NCBI GenBank assembly: GCA_964016885.1 | Contig: OZ024766.1 | Location: 14,818,001 to 14,882,000, forward strand | Origin: Eledone cirrhosa | Taxonomy: Eukaryota | Direction of reading: 5' to 3' | DNA: 64,000 nucleotides | Shown: piece by piece, positions 41,634 through 54,658 of the stretch | Numbering within the stretch: the first letter of the stretch is position 1 | How the letters are laid out: each line of letters starts with the position of its first letter | Translations under genes and position numbers: made by a program | The notes under the pieces: model-generated | What the model saw: the letters and a program-made list of their open reading frames with translations, nothing else | The model's database searches: none | Told to the model about the DNA's origin: nothing

Positions 41634-41689
<56 letters not shown>

Positions 41690-41690
<1 letters not shown>

Positions 41691-42168
41691 TAGATGAATT
41701 ACCCGAGCCTTGCTGCATTTCACACATTTTTTTTGTAAGAAAATGATGATTGATTGATTAGTGATATAATTTATGGGGAAAAACTCTGCATTTCAATATT
41801 ACTCAATGTAAAATGTAATGCATGAAAAATTGGAAAACATTATTTTTTGTAATATAACAAATCAAAATTACATTATTAAATCTTATTCTTATTTTGTTTC
41901 TTGTAAATAGTTTTTTTCAAAATATCAATTCAAAGCTTTTGTGAATAGGCATCATATGTTGTCATTTAACTTTGGTTTAAATTTCATATAATTCGAACAG
42001 AAACATTTTTCAGCAGGGGTTTTGTGCCTCTGGGGAACCCTTTGATTAAAATGAAATATACTTATCCAAGTACCCTGGTGAATGTAGTTTCAGAATATAT
42101 AAGGTTATGGGGGTCTATCTCTAAGACCATAGGAGGAGTTCATGAACAAACAAACAAACAGGAATACA

Positions 42169-42180
<12 letters not shown>
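41690..42180 (-). mobile_element. Non-autonomous Helitron
   Basis: CTAG|T end at 41690 with an adjacent GC-rich segment. The other end is (CAAA)n..ACTTTATATATATA, typical of animal non-autonomous Helitrons. Confidence 0.6.
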
Positions 42181-42245
<65 letters not shown>

Positions 42246-42262
42246 CAATATATATATATATT

Positions 42263-42296
<34 letters not shown>

Positions 42297-42513
42297 TATA
42301 TATATATATGAATATATATATATATTTATATATATATAAATATATACTATGAAATATGAGTTGAAAACTCAGGCAGTCCTTTATCAAATATATTAATTTA
42401 TATTAACTTGTATAAATATATATATATATTTTATATATATAAATATATTTATATATATATGTATATATATATATATTTATATATATAAATATATATATAT
42501 ATAAATATATATA

Positions 42514-42550
<37 letters not shown>

Positions 42551-42641
42551 CGAAGGAAATGTGGTAAGGAACCAGGTGGACCATAACGCACCAAAGTACT
42601 CAATACTTGGGGTAGTAGAGTGGGTAATAGGAACCAGTAAG

Positions 42642-42735
42642 ACCCCGACAGCTGAGCTCAAGCCGTTTCGACGGCTAATTCTGGACTAAATGAAAATTTA
42701 TCCTGGTATTTAAATAGCCGATCTTCTCAAGGGGT
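42642..42735 (-). ncRNA. Type I hammerhead with U3-A8 compensatory core and large loop II
   Basis: ACCCC-TTGAGAA-GA(T)CGGCTA..TAGCCGTC-GAAA-CGGCT tgagctc AGCTG-TC-GGGGT, with GUC cleavage after 42647. Confidence 0.72.
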
Positions 42736-44460
42736 AATTCCATATATGGTCAAAGTGATTGTCAAAAATCAGTAGTAATTCTGTGATTGCAAATTAGTAG
42801 GGGAGATGGTGGCTAAACCTGCCAGTAGGATAAAGAGGGGAGGGGGTGGAGTAGACCCAATCAAGCGTTGGTAGTGCCAGCTACAGCTGGGCATGAGGTC
42901 AAAGAAGATACTGGGGAGGGGGGAGTCGGAACGGTAGGTAGAACAATGGGGGGTAAAAATATATATGAAAGAAAAAATACTGAGAGTGAAGAAAAGCGGA
43001 TAAGTGTAAAGAAAAAAGTAAAGCAAGTTCTACGACCTAGGTCTCTAGCTATTGTTAGGCTAGAATAAATAAATAAATAAAGAAAGAAAGAAAGAAAGAA
43101 AGAAAGAAGTAAAGAAAGAAATAAAGAAATAACGAAATAAGTAAATGAACTATGTGGGACGGAATAGGCAAGAACCCTTTTAAGAGGTATAAGTACGTAA
43201 ATGATACGGTGACGGGTCAACAAATGGGGCCAAAATACTAAAGAGACTACCACGAAATAAATAATAAAGGTTTCCATCCCGGGCACAATTCCAGCAACCA
43301 CCCAGTGCAGCAAAGTGAACTAGTACGAGATAATAATTCTGAGTCCCGAAAAAAATATATACTAATGCTAACTCTAAAAGATCTAAAACAAGCTACATGA
43401 AAGTTCGTACGAAGTAAAGGTAGAATACGGAAAAATAAATTCAGAATCCACCCCGCCCAAAAGAAAAGCGAAGAAAGAAATACTGAAACGAGAAAATAAG
43501 GCATAAGTGCCACTAAGAAATATAGAAGGCACGGAGAATAGTGGGAGAGGTCGGAAAAAGGGGGCAAGTATCCGGGGTCTAAACCAACTGCTATAAAAGG
43601 CGGAGTCCGCCAAATCTATCATAGACTAGGGAAGAGGGTGGGGGTACTAAGGCTACAAGGGGCCAAAGGGCAGCCTCGGGTGGGCGAGAAAAGACGCCGA
43701 CAAAGGAGAAGAGCTGGGGTAGAAGGACTAAGGAGGGAAGGGGGGAAGGAAATAAAGGAAGCGATAAAAGAATAAAAAGAAGATCTTACGTCTCCCTTGG
43801 CAAGCAGGGGTTACCCATTGCAAAATCGGCAAGTGGGGTGTTATAGGAGGGGCAGCCAGTTGGCCATGCAAAACCCACATGTTACCACAGTTTTGGGGCC
43901 CATCTCTCTCCAGGCAGATTTCTTCCAGAGAAAGAGAGAAAGTGAGAGAAAGGAAATGAGATGTAGAGGAAGAATCAACTCCAGTATTTGACTGGTACTT
44001 TTTTGTCGACCTTGAAAGGATGAAAGACAAAATTGACCCCAGCAGGATTTGAAACCAGAGACCAGAATGAATACCATAAAGCATACACATATATAAAAAT
44101 GTATATATACATATATAACCAACATTAAATTAAGGGTGCCATAACATCTCTAAAATATGCTCAAAGATTCTAACGGATAGATCCAAGCATTTATAAGCAT
44201 TCAATTAAAAATCGATTGACATATATATATATAAAATAAACATATCAAACAATGACAGGGGATAATTTGTAAAGAGTGTAAGCACACATAGGTAGGTAGG
44301 GAACTAATTAAAATTTAACGAGAACATCAAATATAGAAACCTTTCAATAATGATTAATCTCCTATATACATATATATCTACAATTATATAAAATAATATT
44401 TTCCTTGCTACCGAGAAATCAATATGACAAATTTTGAAGTGAATAAAATTGACATCTTAC

Positions 44461-44518
44461 CTGAAGGACAACAATTTCTTCTATGACAGATTTCTTTAGA
44501 CTTTTAATAATCAGGTGC
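44461..44518 (-). other. Candidate 58-nt upstream (probably 5'UTR) exon of the ankyrin-Death gene
   Basis: Strong ATTACAG acceptor and CAG|GTAAGA donor in unique sequence. Coding exon 1 begins with an acceptor, which implies an upstream exon. Confidence 0.35.
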
Positions 44519-44740
44519 CTGTAATTTAATGAAATGATCTTTATATGACCCTTACATATATATTTCAGAACAGGATGTAAATAATATTTTGTATACATAC
44601 ACACCCATGTATCTATTATATTGATAATACAGCTTCTGTGAATGTTCACTCTGGTGTAATGAATAAGATTGCGTCATTTTAATTTTGATTTGTTATATAT
44701 TTACAAAGCTGTATAGAAATACACACACACACACACATAC

Positions 44741-44844
<104 letters not shown>

Positions 44845-45004
44845 TTCTATATAGCTATTTAAGAAATCAAGATTGGAATGACGAAATCTTATTCATTACA
44901 CCTGAGTGAACATTCACAGAAGTAGTATTATTAATATAATAGATACATGGGTGTATATATATATACATATATTTATATACACCGTAGACAATAGAAACTT
45001 CTAG

Positions 45005-45052
<48 letters not shown>

Positions 45053-45058
45053 CGTGTG

Positions 45059-45096
<38 letters not shown>

Positions 45097-46322
45097 CATA
45101 CGCACATATATATATGTATATATGTATATAAATATATATATATATATTTATATTATGTATGTATATATATATGTGTGTGTGTGTGTACGTGAGTGTGTAT
45201 GTGTGCATGTGTGTGGGCGTGTGTCTGTGTGTATATTTTATCAGTATCAGTAACTAGACATTAGCCATGCTGGAGCAATGCTTCACTTAGTCTATCATAT
45301 CGACCCAAGTTCCTATTGTTTTAAAATCTGGTAAATATTTTCTCAGTCATATATTTGTTGAACTATTGATATATATATATATATAGGTGTGTGTGTGTGT
45401 GAGAGTGTGTGTGTGTGTGTGTCTGTGTATTATTTGTTGTTTTCGTAATTGTTTTGGCATTAATATATGCTGGTTGGATGCCCTTCCTAACACCAGCCCC
45501 ACCATTTTACAGCATGGACTAAGTGGTTTTATTGTGCCACCAGCACTAGAGAGGTTATCTTACTGGACTCAGGGGCCCTATCCACCCCACCATTTTAAAG
45601 CATGGTCTGGGTGGTTTTATTGTGCTACCAGCACTTGAGAGGTTGTCTTACTCGACTCAGAGTTCTTCTTCACTCCATAGTTTAGTATGGTTTTTAATAG
45701 CTGCATGCTACTACCATTACCTCCCTGTTACAGCATGGACTGAGTGCTTTTATTCATGCCACCAGCAGTAGGGAAGTCGTCTTATTAGATTTAAGGGACT
45801 TCTCTACCCAGCACCAATTTATTCGGAGTGGTAGCTCTCCTAGGCGGGTTGCCTACACTACATCTTACGGAGTCTTCATCCGACCCATGACTGCCCTGAG
45901 TGGAACTGGGTTCAAGATGCTATAAACACGAGGAAGTTGCTAGCATACAGTGTCAGGCATTTATAGTGGAGGTGATAGAGGTGGGGTGGGCAGGTGGTTT
46001 GGGAAATGGTGATTTCCTAACACAGGTTTATTGTACAAATACATACACATAAATATTGACATCCTATATAAGAAATTATGTATATATATATATATATATA
46101 GACACACATTCAACACGCATATATACATCTATATATGATCATACACATCAATATATGTGAACATCTAAAGAAATCAGGAAATTGAAAATCAACATTTATC
46201 TGAGCTCTATATCCATCTACACTAATGACCCTTTTTTTAAGTCTCATCTCAGCATCTCTTAACACAGCTTATGGCACAAATACGCATAAATATTGCCATC
46301 CTATCGCAATTTCCTAACACAG

Positions 46323-46398
<76 letters not shown>

Positions 46399-46565
46399 TT
46401 TATACTTATATATACACTATATATAATTATAAACAGGAAAGGTCAGTAATTCATTACTACCTTATTACCAGTAAGAAAAATAGCTCGATGTAAATACATC
46501 AGATGTTTTACAGAGCTGGAATATAATATGCAGAATAATCAAAATTATGTTCAAAACAATTTATT

Positions 46566-46610
46566 GCTGACAATCGTTTCTTCCAAACTTTAGTTTGGAA
46601 TCATCGGAGC
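46566..46610 (-). ncRNA. Minimal type I hammerhead (U4C variant)
   Basis: GCT-CCGATGA-TTCCAAAC taaa GTTTGGAA-GAAA-CGATTG-TC-AGC, with a perfect 8-bp stem II. Confidence 0.62.
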
Positions 46611-47139
46611 TCTAGGAAAGTTTAGACATATTATTAACCTCCTATTCCACAGAACAATTGTAAAGATACATAGATGTTAGTGTTGTCATTAACAGTGTCA
46701 TAATTAAAGAGTGAAGATGATGTGGTCAGTATCAGTAGATGCGACAAAGATTATAAAGGAATAATACGTATTATTCTTTTATAATCTTTTATAATCTCTA
46801 TAATTGTATTATTCTTTTATAATCTTTGTTGCATCCACTGATACTGACCACATCATCTTCACTCTTTAAATATGACACTGTTAATGACAACACTAACATC
46901 TACGTATCTTTACAATTGTTCTGTGGAATAGGAGGTTAATAATTTGTCTGATTTACTCGTTTTATTTACAATCCTTTAAAATTTATAATGGTATTAGAAT
47001 GAAATAGTATGGTAGAATATTAAATGTTAAGTGTTAATTGAACAAGTACTTTCATGCTTTCGCAGTCTTCAGGTTCAAATTCTGTGGTGACAGTCAAGTT
47101 TGCAATTTTCAACTGTATATATATATATATATATATGCT

Positions 47140-47670
47140 ACAAGGGTAAAGGTGATACACTAGACAGGAGAAACCACAGGGGGATACAAATAATGGACCA
47201 AGTTACAGAAAGGGTTTTCACAAAAGGAAGTGCACCACAGATGCCCTGGTTTTAGTAAGACAACTACAAGAGACGTTCTTAGCTAAGAATAAGCCTCTAT
47301 ATCTAGCTTTTGATGATCTAGAAAAGGCCTTTGACAGAGTACTCTGATTGGTCATCTGGTGGTATTTAACCCTTTAGCATTCAAACCGGCCATATCAGGC
47401 CAGAAATGTCTCACCTCTTTCTGTTCAAATCAGCTGTAACTGGCCACTCATACTGATGTTAAGGTATTATTCTCAAGATAAATAACATCAAAATCTCATA
47501 GATTCGATATTATGTGAGATAATTATGTAAGATAAAGTGTTTACTACCAAGATAAAATAGTATATATAGAGTAATGTGAATGCTAAAGGGTTAAGGAAAC
47601 TAAGTGTAGAAGTGTGGGAGCTTTTAAGAGTAGTGCAAGCAATGTACAGAGGAGCTGTCAGTAAAGCTCA
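47140..47670 (+). mobile_element. Degenerate RTE RT fragment interrupted by a piggyBac-like MITE
   Basis: YLAFDDLEKAFDRV..VIWW continues as RKL after the MITE. Confidence 0.7.
47370..47590. mobile_element. piggyBac-type MITE
   Basis: TTAA|CCCTTTAGCATTCA ... TGAATGCTAAAGGG|TTAA. A partial relative ends at ~40081. Confidence 0.85.
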
Positions 47671-48799
47671 AACATGACTAATATTAGCACTGTGTATGCA
47701 ACTAGTGGAAATCTTATTGGTCATGCTTTTAATATTTTGGTTGGTTTCTTTTGGCTGGATGCCTTTCCTATTACCAAACTCTTTACAGTGTGGTCAGGGT
47801 GCATTATTCATGCAATAATCACTAGAGACATCCTCTTCACCCTGTATGAGTGTTTATTTGGATTGTCTACTCTCCTAGATGGGTTGCCATCACTACGGCT
47901 TACAGGGACCACATCTGCCCAGACAGTCATTAAACGGGTCACAGATCAGTGAATTTACATTCATGGTGTAGGAGGATACGTGAGTGTGTGTGAGTAAGCA
48001 AATGGCATAAATGTAAGGTTATATCTGCCAAACAGAAAGGTAGAGGACAGGAGTAGGTGGAAGGGATGTGGTGACAGCTTCTGAGACAGGTAGATAGCTA
48101 TTGTGATAAATAGCAGACAGGTTAGCAATAAATAGATGAAATGTTAAAAAAACTGAGAAATATCGATGGTCTTATCTTTAAGATTTAAATCCTCCATTAC
48201 CGCAGGAAGATTGGATATTTCTATGATTGGGAGAAGGAAAAAGAAACAGAGCACACTGCAGGCTGTGTACTGGTTTAATGGGGATGGAGAGACAACATAA
48301 AGCAGGGTTCGAAAGTTGGATGTCACTTTTTAAAAAAAGCATCATAATGACACAGGTCTATACATAATTGAAAACATATACACAGATATATACATATATG
48401 TCATACACTATATATATATATACACATGTATGTATATAAAATGAATAAAAGAACCAGGGATTAATTACAATGTTTAATAGATCTGTGAATGTTTCTTTCA
48501 AATACAGAAGGACTTAGGGCCACACAACTAGCAACACCAGCCCCAGTAGCAGCTAAACCCCCACCAATAACAACCAAGACAGAACCAACCCAAGGGGAAC
48601 ATGAGGATATCTCCCCCACTCCATCCAAAAACAAATACATATTTAAACCCCCACAGAAATACACAAATACAAACATTTTAGAGTTACACAGGGACCTCGT
48701 CTTCTTGCAGTGAAGACAAGGGACAACCCAAAAGAGCACAAAACACAAATGTGCAAACAAAAGAAAAAAAACTCAAAGATCACATACTAGGGGCTCCCC

Positions 48800-49950
48800 A
48801 TTTTCCAAACCTAACCCTGTCATTACCATTACCAATGGGCTTTACCTGTTTTTGTGGAGAGGTTTTGCTAACTCTTGTCACTGGCCTGAATTGTTGAAGT
48901 AGCCAACAGTTCACCTCCTGTGTCACACACACTTGGCTTACAAACTTGCCCTGTGGCCTCCCAGATGATATCATATAGGTTGGGGTACTAGGCTGCAATG
49001 AGCTGCTGGCATGAGTGGTATATCTACCAATACCAACTCACCACCTGCTGGTCAGGCTCTTAGGTAAGTATATTGGGATTTAAGGTGGCCATTTCTTACA
49101 TTTTGTTTCCAAGTTGTGCCTCCATGTCTGAAATTTATTCTCTAATTCTGTCATAGATTTGGCTAAGAGGGTCAGGTCATTGGCGTATAGAAGTTCCCAA
49201 GGGCAACCAGTCTTAAATTCCTCTGTTATAGCCTGTAGGACAATAATGAAGAGGATGGGGTAAAGGACGGAACCTTGGTGAACCCCTACCTGTCAGCTGC
49301 ATTCCTCCCTGTATTCATTGTTGATATTAACTTTGCTGGTGGCCACTTTGTAAATGGCCTGTACTGCTCTCACAAGCCACTCATCCATGCCTTGTTTTTT
49401 GAGGGCCCACCATATTATGGGTTGAGGAACTCTGTCAGAAGCTTTCTCCAGGTCAACGAAAGCTAGGTTGAGTGACTTGCTTTTTGCCAACTACTTCTCC
49501 TGCATTTGCTTCGCAAGGAAGAGGGCATCGGTGCTGCTTCTTCCCGGCATAAATCCAAACAGCATTTCATCTAGTTATATACGATCTCTAATCAGTTGTG
49601 TGATGACCCTTTCTGTAACTTTCATGACCTGGTCAGTCAGCTTTATGCCCCTTAGTTACTTCTCTCTAGGGCATGTCTTTTACCCTTGTAACAGTTGATG
49701 ATGATGATGCTATTTCAATCACTGGGAATTATACCATTCTCTATTATTTGTTTTCAATGAGGGTGGTTAGGTTGGGCCTTACTGCCCAAGATGCTTTCAA
49801 CATCTCAGCTACGACTCCCGATGCTTTATGCGTCTTCAGCTTCTTAATTGTCTTACTTACAAGGTTGCTGTTTATGTGTATAGTTGGTCCTTCTGTTGGC
49901 TGTGCTTGGGGCATCATCATCATCGTTTAACGTCCATTTTCATGGCTAGC
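48800..49950 (-). mobile_element. Degenerate RTE-clade RT fragment
   Basis: LAFVDLEKA, QGSVL and ELLY motifs with frameshifts. Confidence 0.75.
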
Positions 49951-50661
49951 ATGAGTAAATAAAATATCTATATATATTTATATATAATTGTTTCTACTTT
50001 TGGCACAAGGCCAGCAATTAACCCAGTGTATTACTGGTACTTTATTTTATCGACCCTGTAAGGCAAAGTTAACCTCGGAGGGATTTGAACTCAGACTGCA
50101 TATATTTATATATAATGAACTTGTGTAGATGTATGTCTGTGAGAGTGTAGATGTGTATGTGTGTGCACTTGTATTTATATGTGTGTGAGTGTTTTTCTGT
50201 CCATGTTTGTCTGCGTTTTTATTGATATGACTCAGTGAAAGGAAATTTCTATACATTTCAATGAATACAAGCTAAACATTTTGTCTAGTATATACAAATA
50301 TGTAGGCATGTGTATGTATATACATATATATATTTATTATATATATATATATACATACATATGTGTATGTATATATATATATAGACGTATCAACACAGAC
50401 AAAAGATAGAAATGTATGTAGGTGTGTATAATACAGGAGAAAAAAACAAGTTTCTTTGTAATATACGTATGACCTCATATCTTTTCAAATTACTGTAACT
50501 TATGCAAAATTACAAACTTAATATGGATTTCAACGAAATTTGTGCAATGAAAGAATTAATAAAATTCAGTTTATCAGAGCGTGATGAAATTATATTTGGA
50601 AAATGTAAACAAGATCAGGAAAATGTCTCAAATATAATATATATGCGTGTATATATATATA

Positions 50662-51703
50662 TATCATCATCATCACCGTTTTACGTCCGTTCTTCCACGC
50701 TAGCATGGGTTAGACGGGTTGTCCTGTTGTGGGCAGTGTCTGGTCGGCTGACCATGCCTTGCTCATACAGGAACTGGTCTGGCTTGATTTCTACAGCTGG
50801 ATGCCCTTCCTAACACCAATCTCATTTACAGTGAGTGCTGGGTGCTTTTTCGTGGCGCCTACACGTCCACTTTACAGTGTGGGCTGGGTGCTTTTTTGCC
50901 GTGGCACGTCCACGACCACCTTGCGGTGCGGGTGTGGGGGCATATTGTCTATATGCTTCAGCTTGTACCCATGGGAGGTCGGGTACTCTGTATTACTGCG
51001 TGACGCCAGAAGTCACGGTCGTGTGTCATTTCCTTTGAGAGGTGTAATTGGGTAAGGTCGGCTTTTATCACCTCATCCCAGGTCATCTTGGGTCTCCCCA
51101 CTCCGAGGTTTCCATCAACTTCTAGTGCTCTGCACCTTTTTATGCAGCTGTCATCCTTCATACGCATCACATATCCATACCAGCGCAACCGCCTCTCTTG
51201 CACACAGCATTTGATTCCTCTTTTGCTCAGTCTCTCTCTCAGTTCATTTATGCTTTGTCGTTCACGTATATTACTGTTACACATCCATCGGAGCATGCAG
51301 GCTTCGTTTCTCTCTAATCTACGTAAGTCTTCCACCTTCAGCGCCCAGGTCTCACTACCATGCAACATTGCTGTTCGGATACACGCATCATACAGTCTGC
51401 CTTTCATTCTGAGGGAGAAGCCTTTTGCAGCTAACAATGGCAGTAGCTCCCTGAACTTCTTCCATCCCGTTCTTACCCTAGTTATTGCACTTTCTGAACA
51501 CCCACCTCCGCTGCTAATTTGGTCACCTAGGTAGCAGAAGCTGTCTACTGTTTCTACAGGGCCCTCCCAGAGATTGGTGGTACTTGTTTCCTGTGGCTGT
51601 TTGCTGCTTGCTGTCCCAGCACAGCTGCTGCATGTGAAGCCTACATTCTTAATTAAGCTTCCTGAGATCCCGCTACATCTCTTGTGTACCCATTGTTTGC
51701 ATT

Positions 51704-51705
<2 letters not shown>
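50662..51705 (-). mobile_element. RTE-clade LINE 3' fragment
   Basis: [27 protein letters not shown] and GRPKMTW, plus 3' UTR and (GAT)n tail. Confidence 0.88.
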
Positions 51706-51763
<58 letters not shown>

Positions 51764-51817
51764 ATCCTTTAACGTCCATCCTCCATGCTAGCATGGGTGT
51801 ATATACGTATATATATG

Positions 51818-51848
<31 letters not shown>

Positions 51849-52171
51849 GGATATATATATGTATATACGTGTATATATATAAATACGTGTATATATATAT
51901 ATATATATATATACGTGTGTGTGTATATATATATATATATATAGTGAAGGCGTGTGGCTGAGTGGTTAGAGAATTGGGAGAATTGGATTCGCAATCGTAA
52001 GGTTGTGAGTTCGATTCCTGGACCAGGCGATGCGTTATGTCCTTGAGCAAGACACTTTATTTCATGTTGCTTCTACCTGGAATTGTGACCGATAGATAGT
52101 ATAAGCAATTGGAAAGACCAACGGAAACATTGTTTCCTCGGTCCGATTTGACGAAAGTCGATCGTTAAAAG

Positions 52172-52204
<33 letters not shown>

Positions 52205-52206
52205 TA

Positions 52207-52261
<55 letters not shown>

Positions 52262-52639
52262 ATATATATATGCATCTATATAAAAATGTATATATATATA
52301 TATGTATGTATATATATGCATGTCTATATATATATATGTATCATCATAATCTATAAAGCTCAGTGTGTGGTCATGCTCCTTCGTTATAGAAATCTACGAT
52401 ATAGAATATCTTCAATTGAAATTTACAACTCAACACTCGAAAAAGCTTCGATTGCGTCTCGACGCAGATAATTTTTTCAATTTCATCCACAATTACGCAA
52501 AAAATAGATAAAACTGAATATTTTACGATTTTTCTCTCTCATTTAAACTGCTGAACTCTTTCTACTACCATTCAAAATCTATACAATTTCATACTTTCTG
52601 CTACTTTCTCTTTCCAAGCTTGATGGTGATACTGTCCGT

Positions 52640-52955
52640 TCACACCACTCCCAACTGTCTTAAATTTAGAAAACACATATCCTCTATGAGGTTACTAAAC
52701 CTGCTAGAAACAGCAGCTAACTCTCCCACATATCACCCCCCCCCCTACTGTCATAAATTTAGAAAACATATCTTCTATGATGTCACTAAACCTGCTAGAA
52801 ACAGCAGCTAACTCTCCCCCATATCACACCACTCCCTACTGTCTTAAATTTAGAGAACACATATCCTCTATGAGGTCACTAAACCTGATAGAAACAACAG
52901 CTAACTCTCCCTCATATCACAACCCTCCCTTCTGTCTTAAATTTAGAAAACACAC
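52640..52955. repeat. ~92-bp tandem repeat of a SINE-tail-like unit
   Basis: AAATTTAGAAAACA..AAACCTGCTAGAAACAGCAGCTAACTCTCCC in ~3.5 copies. Confidence 0.8.
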
Positions 52956-53229
52956 AGACAACCATGCAGAACAACTCCATCGCAGCTCTGTTGTTCGGCT
53001 GGCATCGTCTACGCGCGTGTTGCGCAAGTACTGTGAAACAATAAATTTCAACACAGAGATAATATCCATAGGCGAAACTACAATTGTCACTGCTGGCCCA
53101 GCTCATGCTTCCAGGTCTGCAATCCATTCACCCAGTGCCTGGCAGACAAAAAAGTGCTGCCATAAATGGGTGGTGCAACCTAACTTTGGTAACTTAATGA
53201 CCCCAAGCAACGCCGGGCTTTAATGCTAG
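52950..53229 (+). mobile_element. Helitron 3' end fragment
   Basis: Hairpin CCCAAGCAACGCCGGG followed by CTAG|T. Confidence 0.55.
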
Positions 53230-53447
53230 TAATTGATAAGACGTTGTGACAACTCTGCTATGTCTACGCTGTATATATATATGTTTATAGCAGTACACGT
53301 CCATATTTCTGTTACACATTAATAATAATTACGTACATCTATATGACAAGTAGGGAGTGCTGAGAGATTATGTGTGTGTTTGTGTGAGTGTTTGTATGTG
53401 TTAATATATGTGTGACGGTGTGTATATATGTGTATGTGAGTTTGTGC

Positions 53448-53492
<45 letters not shown>

Positions 53493-53663
53493 GAATAATG
53501 ATTCCCAGAATTCAACACTGTTATTAATATACTTGATGACTAATTAGACTGGTTAGACAGGATGTGAATGTATGTGTGTGTGTGTGTAGAATAATGTGTG
53601 TGTGTGTGTGATAATGTATGTGTGAAAATGTGTGTGAATGTATATATATATATATTAAGGTGT

Positions 53664-53699
<36 letters not shown>

Positions 53700-53832
53700 G
53701 TTATTCCGGGTTGAATCGGAGGTAACCACAGTAAGTAAAGTACTCAATACATAGCAGAGTATAAAAGTTTTAATATAGATGAGATTCTACAGGACTAGAA
53801 CTGTTTCATTCATTAGAAATCATCAGGAATCA

Positions 53833-53881
53833 GATTCCTGATGATTTCTAATGAATGAAACAGTTCTAGTCCTGTAGAATC
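53833..53881 (+). ncRNA. Type I hammerhead ribozyme motif, mirrored on the minus strand at 53783-53831
   Basis: GATTC-CTGATGA-tttctaatgaat-GAAA-CAG ttctagtc CTG-TA-GAATC, with a GUA cleavage site after 53876. Confidence 0.7.
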
Positions 53882-53886
53882 TCATC

Positions 53887-53928
<42 letters not shown>

Positions 53929-54022
53929 GAATAATGATTCCCAGAATGCAACACAGTTATTGAAATATTTGATGAAGGGCGTGGTTAGACAGGATGTGAA
54001 TGTATGTGTGTGTGTAGGATAA

Positions 54023-54060
<38 letters not shown>

Positions 54061-54114
54061 ATAACGTATGTGTGAAAATGTGAGTGAATGTATATATATA
54101 TATATTAAGTTGTG

Positions 54115-54154
<40 letters not shown>

Positions 54155-54168
54155 CATTTATACATACC

Positions 54169-54242
<74 letters not shown>

Positions 54243-54658
54243 CTTACATACATATCTAGAAGTCAACAGAACACACCCCAGCAAAATTCTCGGAAAAGAT
54301 TCCACTTTCACAGAATAAGTTTATATTTAAATATATATACATATGAATGTGTGTGTGCGTGTGTGTGTAGGATAATGTATGTGTGTGTGTGTGGGATAAT
54401 GTATGTGTGAAAATGTGTGTGAATGTATATATATATATTAAGGTGTGTTTATATATATATATATATACACACACACACAGAATGATTCCCAGAATACGAC
54501 ACTGTTATTGAAATATTTGAGGAAGGGAGTGGTTAGACAGGATGTGAATGTATGTGTGTGTGTAGGATAATGTATGTGTGTGTGTGTGTGGGATAATGTA
54601 TGTGTGAAATTGTGTGTGAATGTATATATATATTAAGGTGTGTTTTTATATATATATA

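Noticed and set aside
48480-48530. Possible hammerhead on the minus strand
   Set aside because: GAAAC is present, but there is no CUGANGA-compatible core or stem I.
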